The notes beneath the pieces are model-generated. The model had not been told where the DNA came from, did no database searches, and worked only from the letters and a program-made list of their open reading frames with translations. From contig CALWOC010000001.1 in the NCBI GenBank assembly GCA_944383015.1, forward strand, positions 148,997 through 212,996: a stretch of 64,000 nucleotides of DNA, given 5' to 3'. The position numbers and the translations under genes are program-made. Origin of the DNA: an uncultured Clostridia bacterium. GTDB taxonomy: Bacteria; Bacillota; Clostridia; TANB77; CAG-465. Positions 27,485 to 37,670 of the stretch are shown here, one piece after another (the first letter of the stretch is position 1; the number at the start of each line of letters is the position of its first letter).

Positions 27485-29740
27485 CTACTGTTCTATAACA
27501 TATTTTCCTAATATGTGTCTTTGTATTTTTAATAAATCTGCAGCTTTTGGTGCTTGACTTACTTTATCTATTATTGATGCTTTTACTTGTATACTATTTA
27601 GTTCCGCTTTTCCTAAAATATATCTTTGAAGCATTAATAAATCTCTTGCATTAATAACACCTGAGCCATCTACATCACCATATATAACAATTGTATATTC
27701 CTCAATTATAGCTCCATTTTCTTTAAACTGAATTTTTGTTCCAGTTCCTACTCTATCTTTATCTGATAACTCTTCTCCATTTATATTTACAACTGTTATG
27801 TCATAATTTGTAATAATTTTTTCTTTTATTTCTGAAACAAAATTATCTTCTAAGCTTATTTTAGTAAGTATACTATCTTCTAGTCTTAAAGAATCATCTA
27901 CTAAAATAGCATTATCTTCTTTTGTAACAGTAATATTTGCCTTTGCTGTGAAGCCTCCATCTTTAGTTTTAAACGTTAATGTAGCTTCTCCTATAGAATT
28001 TGCAATTATAATTTTGTCCTCAACAGAAACAACATCCGAATTTGAAGAAGTGATAGTATAATCTGTATTTGTTGCTGTGGAAGGTGTAATTACTGGCGTA
28101 ATTGCAAGTGAGTCTCCAACATGTAACATATAGTTTTCTTTTTCAAGGCTTATTCCTGTAACTTTATTTGATACAACATTTATTGTACAAATTGCAGTCT
28201 TTGCTTTGTCTTCTGTTGTTACAGTAATTGTTGCTATACCATTTTTTAAAGCTTTTACATTTCCTTTACTATCTACTGTAGCAATAGATTTATCTGAAGA
28301 ACTCCACTTTACGTTTTTATTATCCGCATTAGAAGGACTTACTGTAGCTTTAAGTTTTAAAGTATCACCAACATTTAAATTAGCATATGTTGTATCTAAG
28401 CTTACAGACTCAACTTCATTATACTTATATTCATATACCCATTTCTTAAGTATATATCCAATCCTTCCATCATCATATCTTATTTTATCATATAGTGTAT
28501 TTTGACCAATTCCAATTCTTGTAAATTTAGTCCTGTTTTCAGCTCCATCAACAGTCTCATATAGAACCTCTAGTATAGTTGATACTGTATCTGGACCTGT
28601 TCTAATCCAAAATTCATCTGTTGCTCCCGAATCTGATGGATCATCTAAATAAACTCTAGTATCATCTTCTATAAAATATACATCATCTGGCACTGGCATA
28701 CTTGCAACTTCTTCTGGCATATTTTCATATACTGGTATATGAAATTCAAATGGTGAGTTAATCATATTATAGCTATTATATGCATTGTATGTAATTAAAG
28801 CTTCTCCTTTTGGTCCAAATATATTTGTCATATATCCTGTTCCAAGTAACCACTGAGCTGTTCCAGGATTATTTACATCAAATCTTTCAAAATATATTGT
28901 ATCTTGTCCCCATTTTATATATTTACTATATATATACTCTATTCCACCTCTTAAAGCTGCTGAAACACTAGTCCAACCATTATTTCTTGCATAATTTAAT
29001 CCATTCGTAACTGCTGATTGTCCATTTGCATCATATGCTCCTATATTAAAGAAATTGTATACACCATAATCTCCATTAATTAGACTACCATTTACTATAT
29101 TCCCACTGTTTTCTTGTCTTATTCTTGAAGCAATATGAACAGGATTTATTCCAACTCCTTTCGATATGCTATGTATTAATTCAGCATAAGTTGTTCCTAA
29201 ATCATACCATGTACCATATGATTTATATTGGCTTTTATATTGTCCACCCATTGGTGTTGCAGCAAGTACACTTTGCACTGCATCAACACTTTGAGTTTGA
29301 CCATTATAACTTAATACCTCAAACTGAAATATTCCATTTTCATTAATAAAATTACGTGGATCTACTACATATGCAACAGCTTGTTTAGATGCTGTAACAT
29401 AATTTCCATCCTGATAATAATTTTTACCATCTCGCTTCCATTCTGCTCCATATATATCCTCAACTAAACTTATTCCTTCATTTACCTCATATGACTCGTG
29501 AGATAAAACTGTATTCCAGTCTAGTCCAGTATGTACCGCTTTAAATACCCAATTTGGATGCTTTTCTTTCAAAGCATTAATATATGGCATATATGAATCT
29601 GGAAAGTTTTCATCTATATAAGACACTGGTAAATCTGAATAAATAGCACCTTCTACTTCTCGAAAATTTATAGTTGAGGTTATAATACATATAACTAATA
29701 ACAATATTATCCCCTTAAACTTTAATTTTCTACTTTTCAT
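27485..29740 (-). CDS. secreted multidomain protein with a putative glucosaminidase-like peptidoglycan hydrolase domain, two Big_2 Ig-like domains and a C-terminal type I dockerin
   Basis: A signal peptide is present. Two Big_2 repeats are present (ATVSPSNADNKNVKWSSSDKSIATVDSKGNVKALKNGIATITVTT). The C-terminal dockerin has duplicated Ca-binding segments (GDVDGSGVINARDLLMLQRYILG and IDKVSQAPKAADLLKIQRHILG). Assigning the central domain to GH73/glucosaminidase is tentative. Confidence 0.5.
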   Translation of the reverse strand: MKSRKLKFKGIILLLVICIITSTINFREVEGAIYSDLPVSYIDENFPDSYMPYINALKEKHPNWVFKAVHTGLDWNTVLSHESYEVNEGISLVEDIYGAEWKRDGKNYYQDGNYVTASKQAVAYVVDPRNFINENGIFQFEVLSYNGQTQSVDAVQSVLAATPMGGQYKSQYKSYGTWYDLGTTYAELIHSISKGVGINPVHIASRIRQENSGNIVNGSLINGDYGVYNFFNIGAYDANGQSAVTNGLNYARNNGWTSVSAALRGGIEYIYSKYIKWGQDTIYFERFDVNNPGTAQWLLGTGYMTNIFGPKGEALITYNAYNSYNMINSPFEFHIPVYENMPEEVASMPVPDDVYFIEDDTRVYLDDPSDSGATDEFWIRTGPDTVSTILEVLYETVDGAENRTKFTRIGIGQNTLYDKIRYDDGRIGYILKKWVYEYKYNEVESVSLDTTYANLNVGDTLKLKATVSPSNADNKNVKWSSSDKSIATVDSKGNVKALKNGIATITVTTEDKAKTAICTINVVSNKVTGISLEKENYMLHVGDSLAITPVITPSTATNTDYTITSSNSDVVSVEDKIIIANSIGEATLTFKTKDGGFTAKANITVTKEDNAILVDDSLRLEDSILTKISLEDNFVSEIKEKIITNYDITVVNINGEELSDKDRVGTGTKIQFKENGAIIEEYTIVIYGDVDGSGVINARDLLMLQRYILGKAELNSIQVKASIIDKVSQAPKAADLLKIQRHILGKYVIEQ

Positions 29741-29926
29741 TTCTCCCCCTTATGACGAAAATTGTCATTATATACAAAAATTATATCATAAACACATACT
29801 TTGTCAAAGAGTTTATTAAAAGATAAGCTAAATTATTAAATTTTCACATTTTTTTCATATTCAATTTATATATAACATAATAGTAATAACTAATTACATA
29901 ATGTCTTTTTTAAAAGATTTAGTAAT

Positions 29927-29955
29927 TTGACAATAAATATTGGATATAATATAAT
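29927..29955 (+). promoter_or_regulatory. promoter of the glmS leader
   Basis: The sequence reads TTGACA, a 17-nt spacer, then TATAAT. Confidence 0.5.
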
Positions 29956-29994
29956 GAGCAAAAGTGTATTTTTGACGGAGGTGAAAAAACTCAA

Positions 29995-30115
29995 AATTAC
30001 TCTTAGCGCATGGACATAAATATTTATGTTGACGAGGATGGTAGTTGTCGAAAGTCAGCGGATGCTACCACGGCAATTAGTTGTCGTTAGAATATAGTAA
30101 AAAGCAAAATCTTAA
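29995..30115 (+). ncRNA. glmS ribozyme (GlcN6P-responsive self-cleaving riboswitch) in the glmS 5' UTR
   Basis: The conserved core is present: AGCGC (P1, cleavage site), then GACGAGGATGG, GUUGUCGAAAGUC and AGCGGAUGCUACC, which correspond to the B. subtilis GACGAGGAUGG...UCGAA...GGCGGAUGCC blocks. It lies immediately upstream of glmS. Confidence 0.75.
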
Positions 30116-30196
30116 ATTGTAACAAAACTATATTTATACTAATAAGATATATAAATTGTACATTGAAAAATATAAATATTTAGGAGGTAATTTAAT

Positions 30197-32005
30197 ATGT
30201 GTGGAATAATTGGATACACAACAAGAAAAAATAATTCAGTGGAAATAACACTTAATGGCTTAAAAAACTTAGAATATAGAGGTTACGATTCATCAGGAAT
30301 TGCCTTATTTAACGGAGATAAAATTGATATTATCAAATCAAAAGGAAAAATATCTAATTTAGATGAAAAATTAAAACAGCATGATACTACATCATGTTGC
30401 TCTATTGCTCACACAAGATGGGCAACTCATGGTGAACCAAATGAAACAAATGCACATCCTCATCATGTAGGAAAAGTTACACTAGTTCATAACGGAATAA
30501 TTGAGAACTACGCTACCTTAAAAGAAGAATTAAAAGCAAAAGGATATAAATTTCAAACTGAAACAGATACAGAAGTCGCTGCTGCATACATTGACTATTG
30601 CTATAGCCAAACAAATGATAAGCTAAAAGCTTTAGTCGAAGCCTGTAAAAAATTTAGAGGTTCTTATGCTTTCAATGTGTTATTTGAAGATGAACCAACT
30701 ACAATTTATGCCACTAGAAAAGATAGCCCTTTAGTTATTGGATATTCTCATGATGGAAATTTTGCAGCATCTGACATATCTGCAATACTTAATTATACAA
30801 ATAAATACTCACTAATTAATGAAGGTGAATTTGTAAAAATAACAAGAGATATTGTAACTTTTTATGATAAAGACCTTCATCAAATAGAAAAGAAATCAGA
30901 AACTGCAACATGGGATGCAGCTCAATACCAAAAAAATGGTTATGATCATTTCATGCTAAAAGAAATATATGAACAACCTAAAGTTATAAATGATATTTTT
31001 GACAGATTTTATAATAACTGTTCATATAAAGATATAGATTTAACAAAATATGAAAAAATACATATTGTAGCTTGTGGTAGTGCAATGCATGCCTCTTTAG
31101 TTGGTAAATACCTACTTCAAACATATGGAAAAATTCCTGTTATGGTTGAAATAGCTTCAGAGTACAGATATTCAGAAGAGTTAATCACTCCTTCTACTCT
31201 ACTTATTGTCGTATCGCAATCTGGTGAAACTGCTGATACTCTTGCTGCTTTAAGACTTGCAAAAGAAAAAGGCGCTTATGTTGTTGGAATTGTAAATGCA
31301 GTAGGATCTACAATTGCAAGAGAAGTAGATAAATGTATATATACTTATGCAGGACCTGAAATTGCAGTTGCTACAACTAAAGGATATACTTCTCAAGTTG
31401 CAGTATTTGCAACACTTGCGTTAATAGCTATGGAAGAAAAAGGTCTACTTACAGATGAAATGTCAAAAACAATAAAAGAAGATTTAACAAATGTAGAAAA
31501 AAATATAAATTCAGTACTAGAAAATAGAGAAAAATACTTAGACATTGCAAAAGATATATATAAACATAATGATTTATTCTTTATTGGAAGAGGAATTGAC
31601 TCCTCAGTATGTATGGAAGGCTCTCTAAAGCTTAAAGAGATATCTTATATGCATTCAGAATCATATAGTGCTGGTGAACTAAAACATGGTACTATTTCTT
31701 TAATTGATAAAGGTACACCTGTAATTTCTATTGCAACTGATGATAAACTATTTGAAAAAACAGTAAGTAATATAAAAGAAACAAAAGCAAGAGGCTCATA
31801 TTCTATATTTGTTACAACACAAAATCATGGAGACGATTTTAGTGAATTTGCAGATAAAACTATATTACTACCAAAAACAACAGATTTTACACAACCAATT
31901 TTAACTGTAGTTGCACTTCAACTTATAGCATACGAAACTGCAAAACTTAGAGGCTGTGATATAGATAAACCTAGAAACTTAGCTAAATCTGTTACAGTAG
32001 AATAA
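30197..32005 (+). CDS. glmS: glutamine--fructose-6-phosphate aminotransferase
   Basis: An MCGIIGY N-terminal nucleophile is present, with two SIS domains and the C-terminal ...KSVTVE. The length is 602 aa. Confidence 0.95.
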   Translation: MCGIIGYTTRKNNSVEITLNGLKNLEYRGYDSSGIALFNGDKIDIIKSKGKISNLDEKLKQHDTTSCCSIAHTRWATHGEPNETNAHPHHVGKVTLVHNGIIENYATLKEELKAKGYKFQTETDTEVAAAYIDYCYSQTNDKLKALVEACKKFRGSYAFNVLFEDEPTTIYATRKDSPLVIGYSHDGNFAASDISAILNYTNKYSLINEGEFVKITRDIVTFYDKDLHQIEKKSETATWDAAQYQKNGYDHFMLKEIYEQPKVINDIFDRFYNNCSYKDIDLTKYEKIHIVACGSAMHASLVGKYLLQTYGKIPVMVEIASEYRYSEELITPSTLLIVVSQSGETADTLAALRLAKEKGAYVVGIVNAVGSTIAREVDKCIYTYAGPEIAVATTKGYTSQVAVFATLALIAMEEKGLLTDEMSKTIKEDLTNVEKNINSVLENREKYLDIAKDIYKHNDLFFIGRGIDSSVCMEGSLKLKEISYMHSESYSAGELKHGTISLIDKGTPVISIATDDKLFEKTVSNIKETKARGSYSIFVTTQNHGDDFSEFADKTILLPKTTDFTQPILTVVALQLIAYETAKLRGCDIDKPRNLAKSVTVE

Positions 32006-32164
32006 TAATTTGACGTATAATACATCAAGTATTATACGTCTTTTTTATGGTAACTTTATGGCATAATATTATTGACTTTCTCTCCTGCGAATGATAAAAT
32101 AATAATCGGATTTTAATATTATATCTCAAAAATTAATATTTTTTAGAAAATGGAGGGATTCTTA

Positions 32165-34237
32165 ATGAAAAAAAATTATGAAAAAAGGAGGAAATCATAT
32201 AAGACTGCGTCTCATGCAATTACTAACAAAAAAAAGCAATCATTAAAAGAAAAAGTAGATAGATTCTTATATACAAGTGATTATTTAAAATCACGTGAAC
32301 ACAGCAATGATTCAAAAAGTAAAGATATAAAAAAAATCTCTAGTGTAAAAATATCTACACCAGTAAAAAAGAAACGAACAATAAGTAAGATTGTATTAAT
32401 ATTATTATGCATTATATCAATTATTGGAATTTGTCTTTTAATATTTTTTATACCATATATTACAATTGCATATAACTCATATAATAATGGATTTGATACA
32501 ACAAGAATAGATATAAATAAAGTTCCGCATATATATGATAAAGATGGCAACTTAATTTCAATTATGTATGGATACTATGATTCTGAAGAAGAAAATTTTA
32601 TTCCAACTTACTCTAGTGTTTATACAGATTTAACAAGTCTACCAAAATATGTAGGAGATGCTTTTACAGCAATTGAAGATGAAACATTTTATGATAATAG
32701 TGGTATTTCTGTAAATAGACTATTATATGCCACTTTCAATTATATAGTACATGGTGATTCTAGTTTTGGTGGAAGTACAATTACACAGCAATTAGTAAAA
32801 GTTTCTACAGGTGACGACTCACATTCACCAGCAAGAAAAGCACGAGAAATAGGTAGTGCTTTATATCTTACAGATAATTGGTCAAAAGCCAAAATACTTG
32901 CTAGTTATATAAATTTAGTATACTATGGAAATGGTGCATATGGAATTTATGAAGCTTCACTTACATACTTTAATATTGAACCTAAAGACTTAAATATTGC
33001 ACAATCTGCAATTCTTGCTTCAATTCCTAACTCGCCAGACAACTTAAATCCTTATGGAACAGATTCAAACAGAACAAAACTATTTAATAGGCAAAAACTA
33101 GTTCTTAAAAAAATGCTAGAATTAAACTTAATTACAGAAAAAGAATATACTGATGCTTTAAACTATAAAGTTGAATTTAGTAATGGTTCTTCAAAATTAA
33201 ACAAAAATAATCCTTCAATTAGACCATATCTAAAAATTGCTTTTGATCAAGCAATAGAAATTGTAAAAGAAGACTATTCTTGTTCAAATAAAGAAGCTAT
33301 AGATATGATACTAAATGGAAGTACAAAAATTTATTTAAATTTAGATACTAATATGCAAAATAAAGTATATGAAATTGCTAAATCTAGTTTTACGGAATAT
33401 CCAGAAATAGAGCTTGGTGGTGCAATTTCAACTAAAGATGGTAAAGTTATTGCAATAATCAGTTCTAGAAAAGATTCACAAGTCGATCATGCCTACTACA
33501 TGACTAGACAAACAGGCTCTGCAATAAAGCCACTTAGCGTCTATGGACCTGCATATGACATAGGTATACTTAATCCAACTAGCTATGTAAAAGATGTTCC
33601 TGTAAGTATAAAAACTCAATCTGGAACTTGGAATGTTCATAATGCAAGTAATTCATACCGTGGTACAATAACAGCCAATGAAGCAATTGCATATTCTTTA
33701 AATACTGTTGCAGTTACTACATTAGAAAAAGTTACTTTAACTAAATCATATGAGTATTTACAAAACTTTGGTATCACTTCACTAGACAAAACAAATGATA
33801 TGTACTATCCAGCACTCGCACTTGGTGGACTAACATATGGTATTTCACCTTACGAAATGACCCAAGCATATAATGCAATTAGTAATGATGGAAAATTTTC
33901 AAACATTTCCACAATAAATTATATTGAAATAGATGGAAAGAAAATTCAAAAGCAAAAAAATGAACATCAAGTTATTTCAAATGATGCGGCAAATAAACTA
34001 AAAACTTCATTGCATGAAGTAGCAAGATATGGTACAGGTAAAACAGCAAATTTATCTAACACAACAACATATTTAAAAACTGGTACGACTAGTGATGTTA
34101 AAGATGTTTGGACTTGTGGCTTTACAAACGACTTAACTTCATGTATATGGGGTGGATATGATACACCTGCAACTCTTCCTATATATAATGTAAATAGTGT
34201 TTGGAAACAAATTATGCAGTATTACTATAACAAATAA
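32165..34237 (+). CDS. class A penicillin-binding protein (GT51 transglycosylase + transpeptidase)
   Basis: A TM anchor is present. The GT51 motifs are AIEDETFYDNSGI and GGSTITQQL. The transpeptidase motifs are SAIKP (SxxK), SNS and KTGTT. A GGAGGG RBS precedes the ATG at 32165. Confidence 0.85.
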   Translation: MKKNYEKRRKSYKTASHAITNKKKQSLKEKVDRFLYTSDYLKSREHSNDSKSKDIKKISSVKISTPVKKKRTISKIVLILLCIISIIGICLLIFFIPYITIAYNSYNNGFDTTRIDINKVPHIYDKDGNLISIMYGYYDSEEENFIPTYSSVYTDLTSLPKYVGDAFTAIEDETFYDNSGISVNRLLYATFNYIVHGDSSFGGSTITQQLVKVSTGDDSHSPARKAREIGSALYLTDNWSKAKILASYINLVYYGNGAYGIYEASLTYFNIEPKDLNIAQSAILASIPNSPDNLNPYGTDSNRTKLFNRQKLVLKKMLELNLITEKEYTDALNYKVEFSNGSSKLNKNNPSIRPYLKIAFDQAIEIVKEDYSCSNKEAIDMILNGSTKIYLNLDTNMQNKVYEIAKSSFTEYPEIELGGAISTKDGKVIAIISSRKDSQVDHAYYMTRQTGSAIKPLSVYGPAYDIGILNPTSYVKDVPVSIKTQSGTWNVHNASNSYRGTITANEAIAYSLNTVAVTTLEKVTLTKSYEYLQNFGITSLDKTNDMYYPALALGGLTYGISPYEMTQAYNAISNDGKFSNISTINYIEIDGKKIQKQKNEHQVISNDAANKLKTSLHEVARYGTGKTANLSNTTTYLKTGTTSDVKDVWTCGFTNDLTSCIWGGYDTPATLPIYNVNSVWKQIMQYYYNK

Positions 34238-34268
34238 GCAAGTAGAAAATTTCTACTTGCTTTATCTT
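34238..34268. terminator. bidirectional terminator
   Basis: The arms GCAAGTAG and CTACTTGC form a stem with T-rich flanks on both strands. Confidence 0.55.
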
Positions 34269-34755
34269 ATATAAACATATTAGCACCATATTGCTTTAAT
34301 AAATCATTTATTTCATTTAATGTTTTTTCACCAAATGTCTTATCATTTATTGAAACAGTATAATAATTTATATCTCCTTCATTTATTTTATCATCAGTAA
34401 TTGTATCAACAAAAGCTTCAATATTTTCTTTTCCTATATTCCCCAATTTTGTAATCTCTGTACCATTACCAATTTCCCATATATAATAATCGTTATATTT
34501 TAATATATATATATTACCATTTCCATAAATCAATAATGATATCTCGTCGCTAATTTTATCCTTTCTAAATTTATCTATAAACTTTTCTTCAGAAGGCAAC
34601 CAACAAATATAATTATATAAATCTATTTTTACATATGCTGCTTTTATTCTATATATGTTTATACATATAACTAAAAGTCTTAAAAAAATATATATTAATA
34701 TAATTAATAATATACTAAAAAATATAGTTTTTAGTTTATTTTTCATATATATCAC
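34267..34755 (-). CDS. hypothetical membrane-anchored protein
   Basis: An N-terminal TM helix is present. No recognisable motif was found. Confidence 0.3.
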   Translation of the reverse strand: MIYMKNKLKTIFFSILLIILIYIFLRLLVICINIYRIKAAYVKIDLYNYICWLPSEEKFIDKFRKDKISDEISLLIYGNGNIYILKYNDYYIWEIGNGTEITKLGNIGKENIEAFVDTITDDKINEGDINYYTVSINDKTFGEKTLNEINDLLKQYGANMFI

Positions 34756-34769
34756 CTAAAATAATCTTT

Positions 34770-35654
34770 TTATTTAATATTTTCAAAATTTGATATTCTA
34801 TACTGTGAATCTGTTTTAGTAAATGTATATTTTACACTTTCAAGACTTGCTGTATCTATTGCCCCATTATCTATTTGTGTTTTTAAATATTCATCTTGTG
34901 TTGAATCATTAAATACACTTTCATCAGTAATAGACATAATTAATACAGATTTTGTTTTATCATAATACAAATCATTTTTTACAGTTGTCTCTATGTCTTG
35001 CATTTGTACATTTTTAGTAACATATACTCTATATGCCAAAAGTTCTATTCTATCTGCGTATTCTGTTATTTTATATGGTATCTCTAATGTATACTCCATT
35101 ACTCCATTTGCAAATCCTCTTGGAAGTATAATATATGAATTAGTTGAACTATCATATGACAATACATCTGTTATTTCTCTATTTGTTATTGTAGTATCTG
35201 CAAATGTTGCAGCAAGTACAGTATTCATATTTTCTGGTAAAATGTAGGTACTGTTATATTCTTCTGAATACTGCATATAAGATTGATACTCCTCTTTTCT
35301 TGAAATTTTATCTAAAGCAATTAATAATTTTGCATTATTTGTCAAACCATAATCATCTAATTCATTTATAATAGAATTAGAATATACTTCAGAATAAGTT
35401 ATAAGCTCTTTAAGTTGAAGACCAATTCTACTATTTACATTAACATTTTGCCCTCTTTCTTGTCTTCCATCTTGTTCTTCTTCTACAATTGTTTCGTTTA
35501 CTGGTTGTCCTTCACTCTTTATATTTTCTTCTTTACCTACTAAAGTATTTACCAAAATAAATATTATACATAAAACTGCTATAACACATAAAACTATGCA
35601 AACAATATTTACTACTTTTTTATTCATATTCTTCCCCCCTATACTATAATCCAC
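34770..35654 (-). CDS. hypothetical membrane-anchored protein
   Basis: An N-terminal TM helix is present. The extracellular part begins acidic and Gln/Glu-rich. The gene is downstream of recO in the same orientation. Confidence 0.3.
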   Translation of the reverse strand: MDYSIGGKNMNKKVVNIVCIVLCVIAVLCIIFILVNTLVGKEENIKSEGQPVNETIVEEEQDGRQERGQNVNVNSRIGLQLKELITYSEVYSNSIINELDDYGLTNNAKLLIALDKISRKEEYQSYMQYSEEYNSTYILPENMNTVLAATFADTTITNREITDVLSYDSSTNSYIILPRGFANGVMEYTLEIPYKITEYADRIELLAYRVYVTKNVQMQDIETTVKNDLYYDKTKSVLIMSITDESVFNDSTQDEYLKTQIDNGAIDTASLESVKYTFTKTDSQYRISNFENIK

Positions 35655-36366
35655 TTAATGTAGCATCCATAAATACTTGTCCAAACAAATCATAATCTGT
35701 GTAACTTTTTAGCTCAAATGAAAAAATTTTTTTTAAGTCTGACCTAATAACATAAAAAATTGCGTTATATGTTGCTTTGCTTATTCTAATTCTTCTTTTT
35801 GAATCTACAGTATTTTTACATTCCTCACAGACAAACTTATTATCTATAAAATCATAGTATACAAACTCATCTAAATCTTCTAACAAAGGCTTAGAGCAAT
35901 TTGCACACTTGTCCTGTCTTGGAGCAAATCCTAACAAAGCAAAGAGCTTTATTTTAAAAGTATTTACTACTTGCCTACTATCTTTTTCATATTTATCTAA
36001 AACATATATTGTATTTAAAAATAACTTTAAAATTTTTTCACAGTCTTGGTTTTCATCTGTAACTTTATTTAAAATTTTCGTCATTTCAAAAACAATTTGT
36101 AATTTATCAAAATCAACCCTTAAATTATAAAAAGTATTAATAACTGATGCTGAGTTTAAGTAAAAATATCCTGTATTTTGATATAGTATAAATTCACTAT
36201 AAACTAAATACTGTGAACTAGCTAAAAAAGGACTGTTTGTTTTTTTAGCGCCTTTTGCTATAGCTGAAACCTTACCTAAAGAATCAGTAAGTATAGTTAT
36301 AATTTTATCATTATCTTTATATGCTACTTCTCTTATTACTATTCCTTTCACTTTGATAAGTTTCAT
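35644..36366 (-). CDS. recO: DNA repair protein RecO
   Basis: The N-terminal OB fold MKLIKVKGIVIREVAYKDNDKIITILT and a C-terminal Cys cluster CANCSK...CEEC are present. The gene follows era. Confidence 0.85.
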   Translation of the reverse strand: MKLIKVKGIVIREVAYKDNDKIITILTDSLGKVSAIAKGAKKTNSPFLASSQYLVYSEFILYQNTGYFYLNSASVINTFYNLRVDFDKLQIVFEMTKILNKVTDENQDCEKILKLFLNTIYVLDKYEKDSRQVVNTFKIKLFALLGFAPRQDKCANCSKPLLEDLDEFVYYDFIDNKFVCEECKNTVDSKRRIRISKATYNAIFYVIRSDLKKIFSFELKSYTDYDLFGQVFMDATLSGL

Positions 36367-36487
36367 TTATATCTTCACCCTTTTTCTCATTAATACCTCT
36401 ATCTAAGTCTGCAATTTTTCTATATTCAATATAAGTTTCAAGATTACCTGTTTTTATAAAATTTTCCCAAGCAAAGTTCTTATACAT
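36317..36487 (-). CDS. YqzL-like small protein between era and recO
   Basis: The ORF was too short for the supplied track. An AGAGGTGA RBS is present. The protein (MYKNFAWENFIKTGNLETYIEYRKI...) resembles the Bacillus YqzL family, which sits between era and recO. The 3' end overlaps the recO start by about 50 nt. Confidence 0.4.
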   Translation of the reverse strand: MYKNFAWENFIKTGNLETYIEYRKIADLDRGINEKKGEDINETYQSERNSNKRSSI

Positions 36488-36537
36488 ATATATCACCTCT
36501 TATTAATATTATATGCTAATATTTAATGTACATACAA

Positions 36538-37467
36538 TTATATTTTTGATTTTATATTTCCAAGATAATTATCGTTATCCTGCCAATCTTGTCTAACTTT
36601 TACCCATAGTTTTAAATTAACTTTATCTTCTAACATTTCTTCTATATCAATTCTTGCCTGAGTTCCAATTTTTTTAAGCATTGCTCCATCTTTTCCTATT
36701 ATAATTCCTTTATGTGACATTTTTTCACATATAATATTTACTTCTATATCATATACGCTTTGCTTTTGTCTATTTTTTCTTTTTTTAAACTTCTCTACTT
36801 CCACTTTTATTCCATGTGGTACTTCTTCATCAAGATTGTTTAATGCCTTCTCACGAATTATTTCTTCAACAATTTCTCTTTCTGTAATATCTGTTATCTC
36901 ATCTTCGTCATATATTAAATCTCCCTCTGGTAAATATTTTATTATACATTCTTTTAAAATATTTAATCCATCTTGTTTATATACAGATATTGGAACAATA
37001 TCTTTAAATTCTCCACCTATTGATTTGAAATAATCATTATATATAGTTATTATTTTTAATATTTTTCCTTTTTCAATCTTATCTATTTTATTTATGCATA
37101 AAATAACACTATGTTTACTGTTTACTATATTTTGCATAATTGTCTCATTGGCTTTATCTATAGTAGGCTTTGAAGCATCTACCATATAAACAATTACATC
37201 AACATACTCAATAGCACTCTCCACATTTTTCATCATATATTCTCCCATCTTATCTTTTGGGATATGAACACCTGGAGTATCAATTAATACCATCTGACTA
37301 TTTTTATCTGTTATTATACCTTTTATATTAAATCTTGTAGTCTGTGGCTTTGGTGTTGTAATTGCTACTTTAAATCCAACTAATTTATTAACAAGTGTTG
37401 ATTTTCCAGCATTTGGTTTTCCAACAACAGTTACATATCCTGATTTAAACATATTTTTTTCCTCCAC
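36538..37467 (-). CDS. era: GTPase Era
   Basis: The motifs GKPNAGKSTLVN (G1), DTPG and NKID are present, with a C-terminal KH domain. Confidence 0.9.
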   Translation of the reverse strand: MEEKNMFKSGYVTVVGKPNAGKSTLVNKLVGFKVAITTPKPQTTRFNIKGIITDKNSQMVLIDTPGVHIPKDKMGEYMMKNVESAIEYVDVIVYMVDASKPTIDKANETIMQNIVNSKHSVILCINKIDKIEKGKILKIITIYNDYFKSIGGEFKDIVPISVYKQDGLNILKECIIKYLPEGDLIYDEDEITDITEREIVEEIIREKALNNLDEEVPHGIKVEVEKFKKRKNRQKQSVYDIEVNIICEKMSHKGIIIGKDGAMLKKIGTQARIDIEEMLEDKVNLKLWVKVRQDWQDNDNYLGNIKSKI

Positions 37468-37553
37468 GCTAGTATTATATCAAAAAAAGAAAAAAAAAAC
37501 AACGTTACATAACTTTAAATTAATAAACATTGTGTTTATTGTTAACATAATAA

Positions 37554-37582
37554 TTGACTTTTTTATCATTTTATGATATAAT
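37554..37582 (+). promoter_or_regulatory. promoter of the S1-domain gene
   Basis: The sequence reads TTGACT, a 17-nt spacer, then TATAAT. Perfect palindromes AATAAACAttgTGTTTATT and CAACAAtatATGTTG flank it. Confidence 0.5.
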
Positions 37583-37670
37583 TTAAGAGCAATTAAAAAA
37601 TTGTGACATAACTAACTATGTTATGTATATACTGCAACAATATATGTTGTAAGATCAGGGGGGAAAATTT

